From positions 1,996,105-2,029,104 of the forward strand of contig RDEW01000004.1 in NCBI GenBank assembly GCA_011109175.1: a DNA stretch of 33,000 bases, written 5' to 3'. The translations under genes and the position numbers were made by a program. Within the stretch, counting starts at the first letter, position 1. Each line of letters opens with the position of its first letter. The notes below the pieces were generated by a model, which saw only the letters and a program-made list of their open reading frames with translations, was not told where the DNA came from and ran no database searches. This document shows, piece by piece, positions 11,000-22,929 of this stretch. Origin of the DNA: Dicyema japonicum (Eukaryota; Animalia; Dicyemida).

Positions 11000-13685
11000 G
11001 CAACGTGCTTTCGATTCGGTGGCGTTAAAACTCTCTCGAGTTGGCAAAAATGTTGAAAGGAAAAAAGGAGAAGGGTCACTTGCGTTACCTGATGGTATGA
11101 ATGTAATTCTTCCATATCCGAGAGAGTTGTGGCAGATGACACAAAAGAATAGGCGAGGCAGGTAGTCCTGCAGGTACGTAGCAGGCTATCTCGAATGCCC
11201 TGGAATGGTTGGCCATACTTGGCGGAGCTCTGCAGTGACAGATTCAGTACTGCTATATCTGTGAGTGAACTCAAGAAGATGGCTGTAGGCAAAAAGGGTA
11301 CTGGTCTAAAGGGGCGGGGACCAGGTGACCACAACTGTCAAAGAGATCACGAGCACCAGAGCTGTGATACGTTGCAGCTCAAGCATGTTTATGAGGTCTT
11401 CGCGCGGAATCTCGCTGCAGCGGCAGATATCCCACTTGAGGACCGTAGATTTACCCGCAAGATTCCTCATTGTAAGGTTAACTGTGTAGTGTTAACCTGC
11501 ATCAATAAGGCTGTGGCTTATGCGGTGGAGGCTAAGCCAGTAGGGTCATTGGGTGACATCTCCCTATTGCTGTATGCAGCACAGATTACCTATGAGGAAT
11601 TGACGGACAAGCCCTGACCACCCAGTAAATGGAGGGAGCAAATCTGTGCCAAGATTGCTTGGAGACAGACTGAGCTGGAAGCACTGGACGGGCACATAAG
11701 TAGTGTGGCGAGAGGGGTTAGAGGAAAAGCACCGGATATAGTAAAGGGGCTAATTAGTAAACTCCGTGTTCCCAAATGGGACCTCAAAGAGTTGAGGAGG
11801 GCAAGGGTGGAGTTAGAGGGGGCAATAATGGTATATAAGAGGAAACTCTATACACATGAAAGTCGGTGTAAGAGAAGGAGAGAAAATTTGTAGTGGCTGT
11901 GATGAATAGGTGGAGTATTCATCTGAACTATAATAGGCACCGGATAGGCGAGGTAAAACTCAAGAGGGGGATCCTTCAGGGGGATAGCATGTCTCCGTTA
12001 CTCTTTGTTCTCTGTTTGGAGCCATTGAGTCGCCACCTCAATGACCGGTTTGAGCAAATACCAGTTCATTGTGAAGGAGTTTGTTTCAGTACAAATCACC
12101 TTCTTTTTATCGATGACCTGAAGATGTATGCTCGAACAGCCGAGGAGCTCTACTCCATGGGGGTCTGTGCCAGGGAATTCTTTGAGAGTATAGGACTAGA
12201 TTTAAATTATTCAAAGTCTGCGACTAACACGCAAGTATGTAGCGAATTAGTAAGAGTCCTAAAGGAACACGAAGGATATAAGTATCTGGGTGTTACCGAA
12301 TCTCCAAAGTTCCTTATAATGCCTGAGACAAAGCGACAAATTTCTAAAGGCATTCGAAAAAGTTCAGCGTTATTATGTAAGACGTCTCTAAATGAAAGGA
12401 ATTTGTTCTAACATTAAATGAGTATGCTGTCTCGCTGCTAAACTACTACATAGGTGTTGTGGAGTTTGAGCCCAAAGAGTATGATGAGATAGATGTTATG
12501 ATCCGCGGAGTACTCAGAGAGAACCATGTCCATGTGCTGGCAGCCAATAAGGAGAGACTATATTTACCCCGTGATAAATTCGGCCGTGGACTGTGTGGAG
12601 TAGTCCAACTAAGTGAGCGTATCCTAATGCGAATGCATGACACTCTGATAGCTGGGTCAAGTGTGTCTGCTAGGAAGCACGCCATAATAACGACCGAGAA
12701 AACACGGGCAACCCACCTAGGCACTATCAGACCTTTTTTGTCTGCTAAGTATGGTGTTGATGATGGTGGGCTAGTAAATGTGAAGGCGTTGATCGAATTA
12801 CAATATAATAATTTGATGGAAAAGATCAACTTAAAAAGCCTTCATAAGGTCCTCTTCAGAGCATTGGACAACCCACATGTCGACCTTAAGTCGTCGACAA
12901 TATGGCTAAAATACGGTGACAACTCACCTCGATCGGAGGCGCTGTACACGTATATGCAAGACCGCAATATTTTTTGGGGTCGATCAACAAATACATGTCC
13001 CCACTGTAAGTCAAGGAGCATGTCGGTTGATCATTTAGCTACTCGATGTGGATCCATGCTCTGCCACGACTGTGTGGAGGCATAACAAGGTAGTAAGGAG
13101 TCTTCATCTTCTACTATGCAATAAGTATGGTATTCGCCACACCAGAAAGTTGCGGACTCATAAGGTGCAATCTGTAGTGGAGAACACCAGGGTCCAAATT
13201 AAGGTAGACAGTGTTATCCGTACCTCGGTGCTAGTCAAGCGCAATAAACCGGACATTGTGGTACACGATAAGGAGTCTGGTCAAGTCCTTATCATAGAAG
13301 TTGCCTTCACGTCTCAAGACCGTTTGCAGAGTGTGGAGGGGAGAAAAAAAGGAAGTATGACTTTCTTGCAAACAGATGGGGCAGATGCTTGGTTGCAAGG
13401 TCCTCGTTATTCCTATAGTAATGACGTGGGAAGGAATTGCAACAAAGTACCACAAGGGTTATCTGAAGCTCTTGGGGGTAGATAGGAAGCTCCAGGCCTA
13501 TCTACAGTCCACTGTGTTAAAGCGGACCCTAGAAAGCATGACACTGGAGTATAGGAGGCAGAGCCCTGAGATGCCATATGGGCAGAGGGTTCAATTGGAC
13601 AAGGCACTCTCGGAGTTGTTTCAGCACCCAGAATTGAACCTGCCTGAGGAGGCTGGCGAACAGGCAGGCGAGGAAGGTTGTTGTT
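11000..13685 (+). mobile_element. R4/Dong-like non-LTR retrotransposon (RT + CCHC + restriction-like endonuclease), internally deleted and frameshifted
   Basis: RGILQGDSMSPLLF, NHLLFIDDLK, YKYLG, RLYLPRDKFGRGL, CPHC..DHLATRC, RHNKVV, NKPDIVV..IIEV. The first half of the RT is missing at the ~11890 junction. Visibly more GC-rich than its flanks. Confidence 0.92.
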
Positions 13686-14739
13686 TATTAAATATATTAA
13701 CTTTTTTTATTTTTTGTTAAATAAAGAGGGATTTGAAAAATTATTAATTAGTTATCTGAAACGATTAAATTCAATTGTCTGTTTTGTCGACATTTAATCC
13801 TTATATATTAACTTTTCTACCAGGTTCGGTAGAAATTGCGCTCTAGAAATTCTTTCACCCAGCTTTGAGACCAAAAGGCTTCTGACACATAAGGCAGGCA
13901 GTGAAATCCTTCTGTTCGATTGCCTTTGAATTTGAAAAGGTAATATTAATTTTCAACAAAAGTTTATATTTTTCCTACCTGTGCAGTGACTGGACATATT
14001 TTCTGTATATTTTTCACTTTTGATGCCGATTCGTTTTTTGTTCTCGATTAAGCGATTTATTGATTTATTCAGTAAATCCTGAATTTCAGCCCAAGAATGA
14101 TAGCTTAGAAGCCCCTGACTGTAACTAGTTGTTCAAATGTTTATAATTTTTGAAGAGCTTTTTTTTGTCACGAATCGACCTGAATGTGCTATACCTCCTG
14201 ATTCGGTTTCAAAAATTATTCATTTTCTTCAATATGCTGGTAGTCGCTGTTGTGAGGTATTTTAGGTCGGGGTAAACTCTTCTGTTTAATCGAGAACGAT
14301 ATCATCGACACAAGCCATTTTGGTCTTGTATCGAGAGGACGCTATGTGATCTTTGGATTACCTGTCGATGATCCTACTCATATGTGTGTATGTCGATATT
14401 ATTTTGTCTTTCGAGATTGTCACTGCTTTATTAGCTGCCTCGGTTATTTACTGTGTTTTGTCGTTTTTTGGTTTTTTGGTTGATTAGTCTTATTTGATTG
14501 AGATTCGGTGGAGATTTCATTTCCTAGATTAAATTAACTATTATTGTTGTATTTAGTGACAGGATGCTCACTAAGATCCAATGAGGTGATCTGGTGTGGT
14601 GGTAAACGTTCATATATTTTGCTCATCGATCTTTTTTTTCGAATATATTCCACCTGAAAGGCAATTGTTGTACAGTTTTGAGGCTTATTTCCAGAATTCC
14701 TTCAAATCAGAGAACAAGTCAAGGTTCGTAGAATTTACT

Positions 14740-15025
14740 CATTGATGATTTTGAATCTAAATTTAAAAGGGTTCCTCTGTCGAATGATACAAATTCTAGA
14801 AGAATTCAAGATATGACAGGTGATATTTTGTCCCAGATGTGAAACGTATTGAAAAAGTCTATAGTCTCGAGTTTGATGAATATAGATATAACATCAATTG
14901 GACAACTCGTTTCTTACTTTGTCGAAAATGACAATTCTATTTTCTTTTTGTCTTGAACTTTTTGTCAGGACACGTGGTCACGATATATTCGATGTCTTGG
15001 ATAATTTCATGAAATCAGCTATGGA
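14740..15025 (+). mobile_element. hAT (Buster/Charlie, ZBED5/8-like) transposase fragment
   Basis: KRVPLSNDTNSRRIQDMTGDILSQ..YSLEFDE.IDITSIGQL..RTRGHDIFDVLDNF matches the PLSxxTIxRRIxDM / LQLDESTD / TxGxDIF motifs. Confidence 0.85.
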
Positions 15026-15244
15026 TAGCGTTGTTGAATCATGAATTGATTTTATGGAGTCTAAAGTTTTACATTTTGCGATATATGGGAGTCAGGTTGA
15101 ATGACAGCGTTAGTCATACCAAAGCTGAAAACATTGGAAGATCCAAAAAAAAATTGAGTAGAATTAAATCAAATTGAAGTGATTTTTGCATGCAAATACA
15201 TGGTCATTTTACAGCTAACGAATATTAAAGTTTTCAAGTTTCAG

Positions 15245-15345
15245 CAACTAACTAATCATATGATTCCAAGCGCTTCAAAAGTGACCTCAACTTGGCCCGA
15301 TGCTCATCGAGCCCATGCAAGCCCGTATCGGCCGTCTAAGTAGTT
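15245..15345 (-). mobile_element. Possible Ty3/gypsy RT fragment
   Basis: YLD..(frameshift)..DEHRAKLRSLLKRLESYD resembles YLDD..EHxxxLxxVLxRL; very short. Confidence 0.35.
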
Positions 15346-16125
15346 TAAATGCGTCGTTAGTGACCGATTTACAGGATTTGCGTTAATTAACCAATTTTGG
15401 AATAAAATTACTTTTTAATTGGATTCGACAACTACAACAAGGTCACGATCTAAAAGTCCTTTTTTCGATTAGAGGGAACGAAGGACTTGTTGGAAAATTA
15501 AAGAATGAGACAAACAAAACATTATTCGTTTCAAAACACCAAGGAAGATTTGAAAAAAATAAAATTTTGACGGATTGGACGATACTGGGACTATCCGAGA
15601 AACAATACAATTTAAACGCTCTTTTGGGGTAAAATTGGAATACCTTGTAAAACTCTGAGTGAAGAATTCAAAAAGAACAGTTTTGGACATATTTGTTAAC
15701 AGCAAATTAAAAACGTTTCTACGAGATTTTATGAGAACCAGAATATATTCAAGTAATGGTATTAAAGATACCTCGACAATATTAACATTATGACAATGTT
15801 TTCGAAAGTTGTTCGACATTTTTCGGAGCTCTTTTGCCTCAAAGCGTGAAGTTAAGGACTGTGGTTTTTTATGTGTCGTTGGGGCATGAAACTTCTCGGT
15901 GCATTCGAGAGAAAATTAAAGATTCACTAAAATAAGGAAAATTATCTGAAAAGTAAATGATTTACAGGTACTTAGTTGATATCCGCCACTTTCCTCTAAT
16001 AAAATCAATATATTATAATTTTTTGTTAAAAATTAAATATTTATTTTATTCCCTTACGAATAAATTTATTTTCTATTTTATAATGTTGGCCTTATGGCTT
16101 AATCTAATGTCTGATTGCATCGAAT

Positions 16126-16454
16126 TTTGCCACGTGGCGCCATGTGATGCTGCGTGGTTAATTGGTTGAAGTTTTCTGCTTGTTTGTCTGTTCCTCCTGT
16201 CTCTTCCTATTAGAGTGGCGTCATGTGATCCACCTGTCTAGGTGACGCCTAGTGCCAGGCCGGCACGAAAAAGGATCATTTGCTCTTCCCCATTCTACTG
16301 GAGGGGTTTCCACAACTGCATATAATGGATGTCTTACCTTTTATGTTGATTCCGGATGGACTCTGTTTCTGTAGAAGTGGAAACTGGATGCACTTAATTA
16401 GTGTTTACTTTAACTTCTTTCTCGATGTATCCGGGGTTAATAATAAATAAATAA
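16126..16454 (+). mobile_element. Short retroposon family A, copy 2
   Basis: Full-length homolog of 3092-3450; tail taataataaataaataa; candidate 7-bp TSD atcgaat at 16119-16125 and 16455-16461. Confidence 0.88.
16217..16279 (+). ncRNA. Predicted conserved RNA pseudoknot (HDV-like topology) in family A/B retroposons
   Basis: P1 ggcgtc/gacgcc, P2 gtgatcc/ggatcat, P3 acc/ggt, P4 gtgcc/ggcac, A-rich linker. Compensatory variants occur in family B. Confidence 0.55.
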
Positions 16455-16488
16455 ATCGAATCTGAAGGTCCTGGTTTTGAATCGAGTG

Positions 16489-16742
16489 ATTCGTCGCGTG
16501 GCCCATGTGGTATACGTGGCTAATTGGTTTAAGTTTTTTCTGCTTGTTTTATTTGTTCCTCCCATTTCCCTTCCTATTAAAGTGGCGTCATGTGATCCAT
16601 CTGTCTAGGTGGCGCACAGTGCCATGCCGGCACAAAAAAGGATCATTTCCTCTCCCCACTCTACTGGAGGGGTTTCCACAACTACAAGTAATGGACGTCT
16701 TTTTCCTTTTATGTTGATTCCGAATAAACTCTGTTTCCGTAG
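16489..16742 (+). mobile_element. Short retroposon family A, copy 3, 3'-truncated
   Basis: Starts at about the same 5' position as the other copies. Homology stops at ctgtttccgtag, where repeat X begins. Confidence 0.88.
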
Positions 16743-16925
16743 GTCAAAGATCCCATTCGTGAGGCGACGAGCCCTTCTGGCACGACACAGTAGTTGAAAG
16801 GGATTCTCCTACCTTCTCACTGACCAAATCCTCTGGTGAAGATTACATTATGAAAACTATTCCTCCAAATAATGAAGTGACGTCCGCGATTTTAAGACGT
16901 GCGACGAAAATGGAAGACTTTTCCA
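16743..16925 (+). repeat. Dispersed repeat X, copy 2
   Basis: Inverted homolog of 2640-2832. Confidence 0.85.
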
Positions 16926-19900
16926 ACCATCTCCTCCGCCTATCTTTGGAAGCGGAAGCTTGTAATGGAGGGAGTATTGGAAGATGGATTTGATGTTCTC
17001 CCTGGGTTCCTTCCTTAGATTTAGTTGACTTATTGTGTTGGACTTACCAAAGACTGTAAGCATGAGGTTAATAATAATAAACAAGAACCGATTTACAGGT
17101 ATGTTCGATTGGAGGTTGGATTATGATGATTTTCCTGGAAATTAGTGCAATAATAGGAAAGTCCCTTGATTGCTGCTGTGGTAGATGGGTCAAAGAAGGT
17201 AGAATACATTGCTCATTAAGTATAATAATGCGAGTCACAGCCAAGACACACAGCATAGATATTACACTATTATTATTAAAAAGCACTCCCAAGAAAACAT
17301 AAATTAATTAAGTTCCCATTGTGCCGTTATATCCATTTGCTTTTATCCTCTTCTTAATTTAACAGCTAACAGTTTCTTGATTGCTAATTTTATGAATCGC
17401 CAATTTTTACAGGATTTGTTTGAAGTAGTCGTTTATAGGGATTGCCTCTAAATTTAGCCTTATAGCATAATCATTGGACAGTTACCTGTTAGCTTAGTGA
17501 TTAGCGTGGCTTTGGTACATTATAGCCTAGTTCTGAGAACACTTAGTGTCTTAATGATAGAACCTTTCGTTCTTAGGCTTAGGAGACATTGAATAAAAGG
17601 AAGCATTAGATGATCTTGTATCTGACTACCTTGATGAAAAATAAGGGGGTCGTTAGTTTTAATTCCAAAATGTTTTCAATACATTCGAATTCCGAACCTG
17701 ATTGAGTCCAAATCTTCGAATGGATATGCAGACGGTCTCGTCTTGTTATTTGTGGATATCTGAACCAACCAACCATTTTAATGATAAAGACATTTTACTT
17801 AAAAAATCATAAGATATTTTACCTTTCTCTTCCTTGAAAAGAATGTCCTTAGCTAACTTAGTGATCTCAAACGACAAATGGAAAGCATATATTTGAAAGG
17901 TCGTACATCCTGTACAGTTCTTTTCATAGCTATTAATTCTCTATTGTTCTACTAGCAACATTATCCTCTGAACTCGTGATTTCTCAGACATTACATTATT
18001 TTTGTACAACAAGTTATTCGTTCAAAAAAACAATTTTTTTTTAAATATTATTCTATTTAAAAAATTAAATTTAAATAAGTAAAACGTGTCTCTTTTGTGG
18101 TGCATTTTATTTGGTAGCGCTGATTTGTAAAATTTTCTTCTAGACTTTATGAATCTCTTAATGTCTTGCGATGATTATTAAACCCTGAATGAGTTATGAT
18201 TATATCCACTGGGCTATGAGCAAGATCCCTTGCAATGCATTTCGCTTAGAATGGTAGTTTTTTTGATATTTTTCAAGAATGTCTCTTACTTTAAGATCTT
18301 CAATATATCCTACATGTTCAAAAATCCTAATGATTTTATTTTGCCATATTTCATAAAGTAATCGATTTGAAATTGTTCTACGATTTTAAAAGCTAAATAT
18401 AATGTGAGTGAATAATTGATTAATTCTCTTTCCTATTTCATTTTTGACTCTCATGACCTTGAGTCTATTTTTGCCCAGCTGCTTGTGTGGACAACACCCT
18501 TATTTAAAGTTTTCTCATTAACTACACTTTTAGCTAAATAAAGAGCATCACAAAAAAACTGATTTGTAAAAAAGTTCTTTTCTCCAATCCGATACCTCTG
18601 CATGAATGAGAAAATTTTCTTTCATACAGTAGTAGAGGCGATGGAAGACGACATGGTTTGGATCGTTTAGTTGATTGCGGAACTGCGTTCACTAACTGTT
18701 TGACATTATTCTGTTTTTCCCGGTTATTCCGGGGTTCTAAGTAAATAATTTCTTATCCCTAGTGACATCTTAACTTCTTGTCTTTTTTGAATGCATTTTA
18801 TTAATTCAATAAAAAAGCACTTCCTAACAAATAATTCAATTAAATTTTACTTAACTAAAAATATTTTATTAATTAAAAATATTTAAAATCTACTTTCGGG
18901 TGTTGAAACTAGCCTATAATGCCAGACATCTCAACGGAGATATGCTGGAAAACTAACGGGTCCACGATGCAGTGGTACGTCCTCCATTTCGAATCTTCAG
19001 CAGTGCTCGCTGCGGAAGACTCGAGTAGTCTCTGACTCGAGTATTTGACAAACAGAAATCATTTTTATGACAACTAAAATTTATTTCACGTTTTTTATTA
19101 CTAATTAATTTTTTATTTTTTATAATTTAACATTTGTAAGACTTTCGGTAGTGGTATTGAGCTGTTGCATTCTAAGGTATCACGGTTTCCCTAACCACTT
19201 CGTCTTCATCCTGTGTTCATCGATGGACCCAACCTCTTACCGAAAGTGTCTGGATTTTTGCCTTTTGCAAGAAATCGATGGGGGACTGATGTCTGAGTAT
19301 AGGTCTTACATTTTCAGATTGCGCCAAGGAAAAACATAGTGGATTCCGTGATCTTGCTGAACTGGAGTAACCCGCGACCATTCCTTCGTATTGACGGCTC
19401 TGACAGTGGAGCTACAAGAGTAGAATCTGTTTGACTTAGTAAAAAAGCTTATCTTTTCATGTAAGGAGTGAATTTTGTCCAGTGACGACGCTAAGATTAC
19501 GTACTTACATAAAGCAAATGGATTTTAGAATGATTTTTCACATGTTACCATATTGTCATGCGGTTCTCCTATTTTGGGGGCACCCAGTGCCAATAGGCAT
19601 AAAGAAAAACTATTCTCTTTCCCTTACTCGTCAGATCGCTTTTTGGGGTGGTTCCCCTTTCTCCTAACCTGCTCGAGATAAATTATGGGTTCAATTCTCA
19701 CATCGATACTCTTCCTTAATTTACTGAAGAGATTCTCACAGCGGCGGATTTGAATGTGATTTACGTCACCATGTAGCCATAAATTTCATAATTCATTTTA
19801 TGATCGTTGTTTTTTAACTTTAGTGTTTCGATGGAGAACCTGGATTGAAAAAATGCACGACTTGATCTCGACATGTGCTATACGGCCTTTTAGAGACAAC

Positions 19901-20639
19901 AATAATTTATCACAAACCCCCTAGACTGGCGCGTCAAAATCGTTGATTCCAAATAATATTAGAGCAACTCGCCAACCTACAACGTGGAGATCATCTGGAG
20001 TGAAATGTATCGTGTCTAAACATTGCGTTCATCCATATCTATTAAGAACCCCTTAAGTAGGGAAATGATGATCCATTTTAAATGCCTTTGAAGCATGTGG
20101 ATCATATGAAGGCTTCGTAGGAATTGAAGAAGGAACGGAATCGATTGGGTAGGTTGAACCAACACTACTTGCGACTGGAGGGACGGCACTGACAACTTCT
20201 TTCATTTGCTTAAAATAATATCATTTATTATTCTGCACAAAACGCAACTTAAAGCATCACAAACTGAAATGCCTCCACACTCCACTGAAGAAGCAACTAC
20301 TGTAAGAGAATCTAGGTCCTCTGCTTCATTTTTGAATACCTCATGTCTTCTTGGATTCCACAGGTACCATATATCTCGGTCGTTTTCAATATAATCCATT
20401 ACATTCAAAATATGCTCCCATAACGTCGTTGGAAAGTATTGTTGAATTTATTCTTAGAATATGTCCAAACAAACCTCAATCCGGGATTTACACAACAATA
20501 TATGTTTCACTTTGAGTGACCATTCATCAAATATTTAAGACACAAACTTGGTGCTATGTTATTTCGAATTATTAAATAATAAAAAAACGTGAAAATTGAC
20601 ATAGAAAAGAAAAGTCATGACTGGTAAAATGCATCTATC

Positions 20640-21010
20640 CCCAACAAATTTTGATGGGGGATTATCGTCTGGGGTGTACTAGTTATAAAGGAGTATGGAA
20701 TTTAGTATCAATATCAAAATAAATGTAGCGACTTATATTAACATTTTGGCAAACAATTTTTGGAAGTCAGCCGAAAATTGGATTGAAAGATTTTTCCAAC
20801 AAGGATTGATTCCCACGGTTACTCCAAGCTAACAATAAACAAGCCGTCAGAATTTTGGATTGGGCACCTCAATTGCCGGATTTAAAACCAATTGAACTTC
20901 TAAAATGGAATTGAGAAAAAATCCATGAAAAATTTCATCGAAGTGAAAAACGAAATTATAGACTATTGTGAAAAGAAACCGGGAAATTGTGCCCAAATTG
21001 TCTTCTATTC
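20640..21010 (+). mobile_element. Tc1-like DDE transposase fragment
   Basis: GIIVWG-CTSYKGVWNLV..INVATYINILANN..FFQQ..RILDWAPQLPDLKPIE matches the VWG / FQQDN / WPxQSPDLNPIE motifs. Confidence 0.85.
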
Positions 21011-21329
21011 TTTTAAGTTCGTCTGGACGTCTTCACAGTGGAGGAGAGTGAGAAAGCGTATATGCAGACACTCATGCTGTGAAATCTTTAGAGAGCATAC
21101 AAGTTAAGCCGAGAAACAGAGTATTGATTTAGAAGTGCCTCAGCGAATATCTACGGAAAAACTTGATCAAGGCATCTTTCTTTAGGACCGATCGGTATTC
21201 CTCTGCATAAGCAATTTTTAATTTAAGTGAGTTTCCTGCTTCTTCGCAGAAACCACTGAAAAACACGTGGATGCCTATCTAATTGTTTCCGTATCACAGT
21301 AACTTAAAATGCGTATATAAACAATCACA

Positions 21330-22430
21330 GCAATAATAGTTAAGAATTGTAACAGTTTTGATTCAACTTCCGTAGTCATGCATCCCCTCACTTTAGCCTC
21401 AACTTCCATAGTTTAATCGATCCTTCAACGTCTAAAGTAGCTACTTGATCTCTAATTTTTATTACAATTAAAAAACAAATGTGAGGACACCTTGACGAGT
21501 GAAACGGGACGTCCATGCGTAAAAGTTTCGCAAGAATCAAGAGAGCCTTCTCCCAATGATAAAAGTACAACTGATCCATTGCTTAAGCCCGGTGTGCTAA
21601 AATATGGTTCAATGGTAACAATCTCTCCAAGTCGACAAATTGGACAGGGTTAGGCTGTCTTAAAAATGTAAAATTACTTTATGGAGGTCATATAATCTAA
21701 CTTGACCACGTGAACAGGTTGAAACGAAAAATGGACTGTTCGGCCGCATTCTTGATTCTACAGTGGAGCTACGATGTGATTCGAATTTTTTACTTTTGTC
21801 TATCCTCCAATTTTCTCTAAAATTGATAAATATCTCAACTATCAATGGAAGATTTGAAATCCCAGCTTATCCTCATTATGTCCCCAAATGAGGTCCCACA
21901 TGACAGTTCACCATCAAAATAGATCATGCGTGTGAGATCGGCGTTTATGTGCTGTCCAATATCAATTCTATAACATTTTTTACTAAAATGGAAATTTAGA
22001 TAAAAATTTAATTCTCAGTCGAGTCGACAGCCCATAAAATAGTGATTGAATCTTCCAAATAAGTCAGCTAAAGTGAATATAACAAATACTACAATTTTAT
22101 CACGTGGACTTCTCATGGCCAAAAATATTACAAATTTAAAATGGCCCTGTGATTCGCATAAAACTGTACTCACATTTAATTGTAGAATTTTCGTCCAGCA
22201 CATCAGAAAAAGATCCGTTATTTGCATAAAATGTTGAAGTAGATCCACAAGAATTCGGTTTTAGACAATGTCGACACTTTTTAGTTGAGGGTTTGTATTC
22301 TGTCGCCACATTCCAAGCTCTGACCTTAATTTTTATGAATGCAAAATCCTTCATGAAACGTTTTGCAGAATCTATCCACTAAAAACCACAAAATCACGTT
22401 GCTGCTATCAGGAAACCTGGAGTGTTTTTA
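21330..22430 (-). pseudogene. WDR34: WD40 protein pseudogene, probably dynein-2 intermediate chain WDR34/DYNC2I2
   Basis: NTPGFLIAAT..FHEGFCIHK-KVRAWNV (cf. [32 protein letters not shown]); FESHRSS..FFVSTCSRGQVRLYDLHK|PNPV..; DQVATLDVEGSIKLWKL. Removing a 23-nt intron at 21655-21677 restores the frame; many disablements. WD40 call is solid; orthology is less so. Confidence 0.65.
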
Positions 22431-22454
22431 CAACACGTCGAAAACGTAATTATT

Positions 22455-22690
22455 AAGTGTGAGAAGGGTAACCTTCTGAAGCCTGTCAGGATTGTGGAGG
22501 ATCAGAAACCATCCAGTCATAAATTCACTCAACAAACAGTACATAGAACCATATCCTATGCTTGTGCTCCCTGGAGCCCATTCATCTTTTGGAAAAATTC
22601 CTTAAAGATCGAAGCTAGATAAAAAAGAGCGTTTAGAGTTATCCAAGACCTTTCCAGAAGTTCATTGAGGGAGGAACATCGATTAGGTCA
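22455..22690 (+). mobile_element. LINE (I/Jockey/L2-type) post-RT fragment
   Basis: RTISYACAPWSPFIFWKNSLKIEAR*KRAFRVI resembles RPxLxYAxxxWxP..KLExxQxxAxRxI. Confidence 0.6.
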
Positions 22691-22929
22691 TTTCTAATAG
22701 TCTGTTAGGTCCTAATAATATGTCTTAGTTACGCTTACGTCATCCTGATCATGGTATATGGAGAGATTACGTCATAAATGAACAATATTCAAACAATTTG
22801 TTTAATCAATGTTTTCACTAATATTTGAGTTGCCGGATTGATTTTAAATCCCATTAATTATGCTTTGGTGGAGATGTTCTCTTTGCTTTTCCCATGACTC
22901 GACGTGAAAGCTGAGGATCTATGAATAGA

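Noticed and set aside
12446-12829. 127-aa minus-strand ORF
   Set aside because: Antisense shadow of the R4-like ORF.
16126-16200. tRNA-derived SINE head
   Set aside because: An A-box-like TGG(C/T)TAATTGG is present, but there is no B-box (GTTCRA) or cloverleaf.
16505-16717. Short ORFs in family A copies (WRHVIHxSRWR), also 3131-3334
   Set aside because: Starts, lengths and frames differ between copies; the similarity simply reflects the non-coding repeat.
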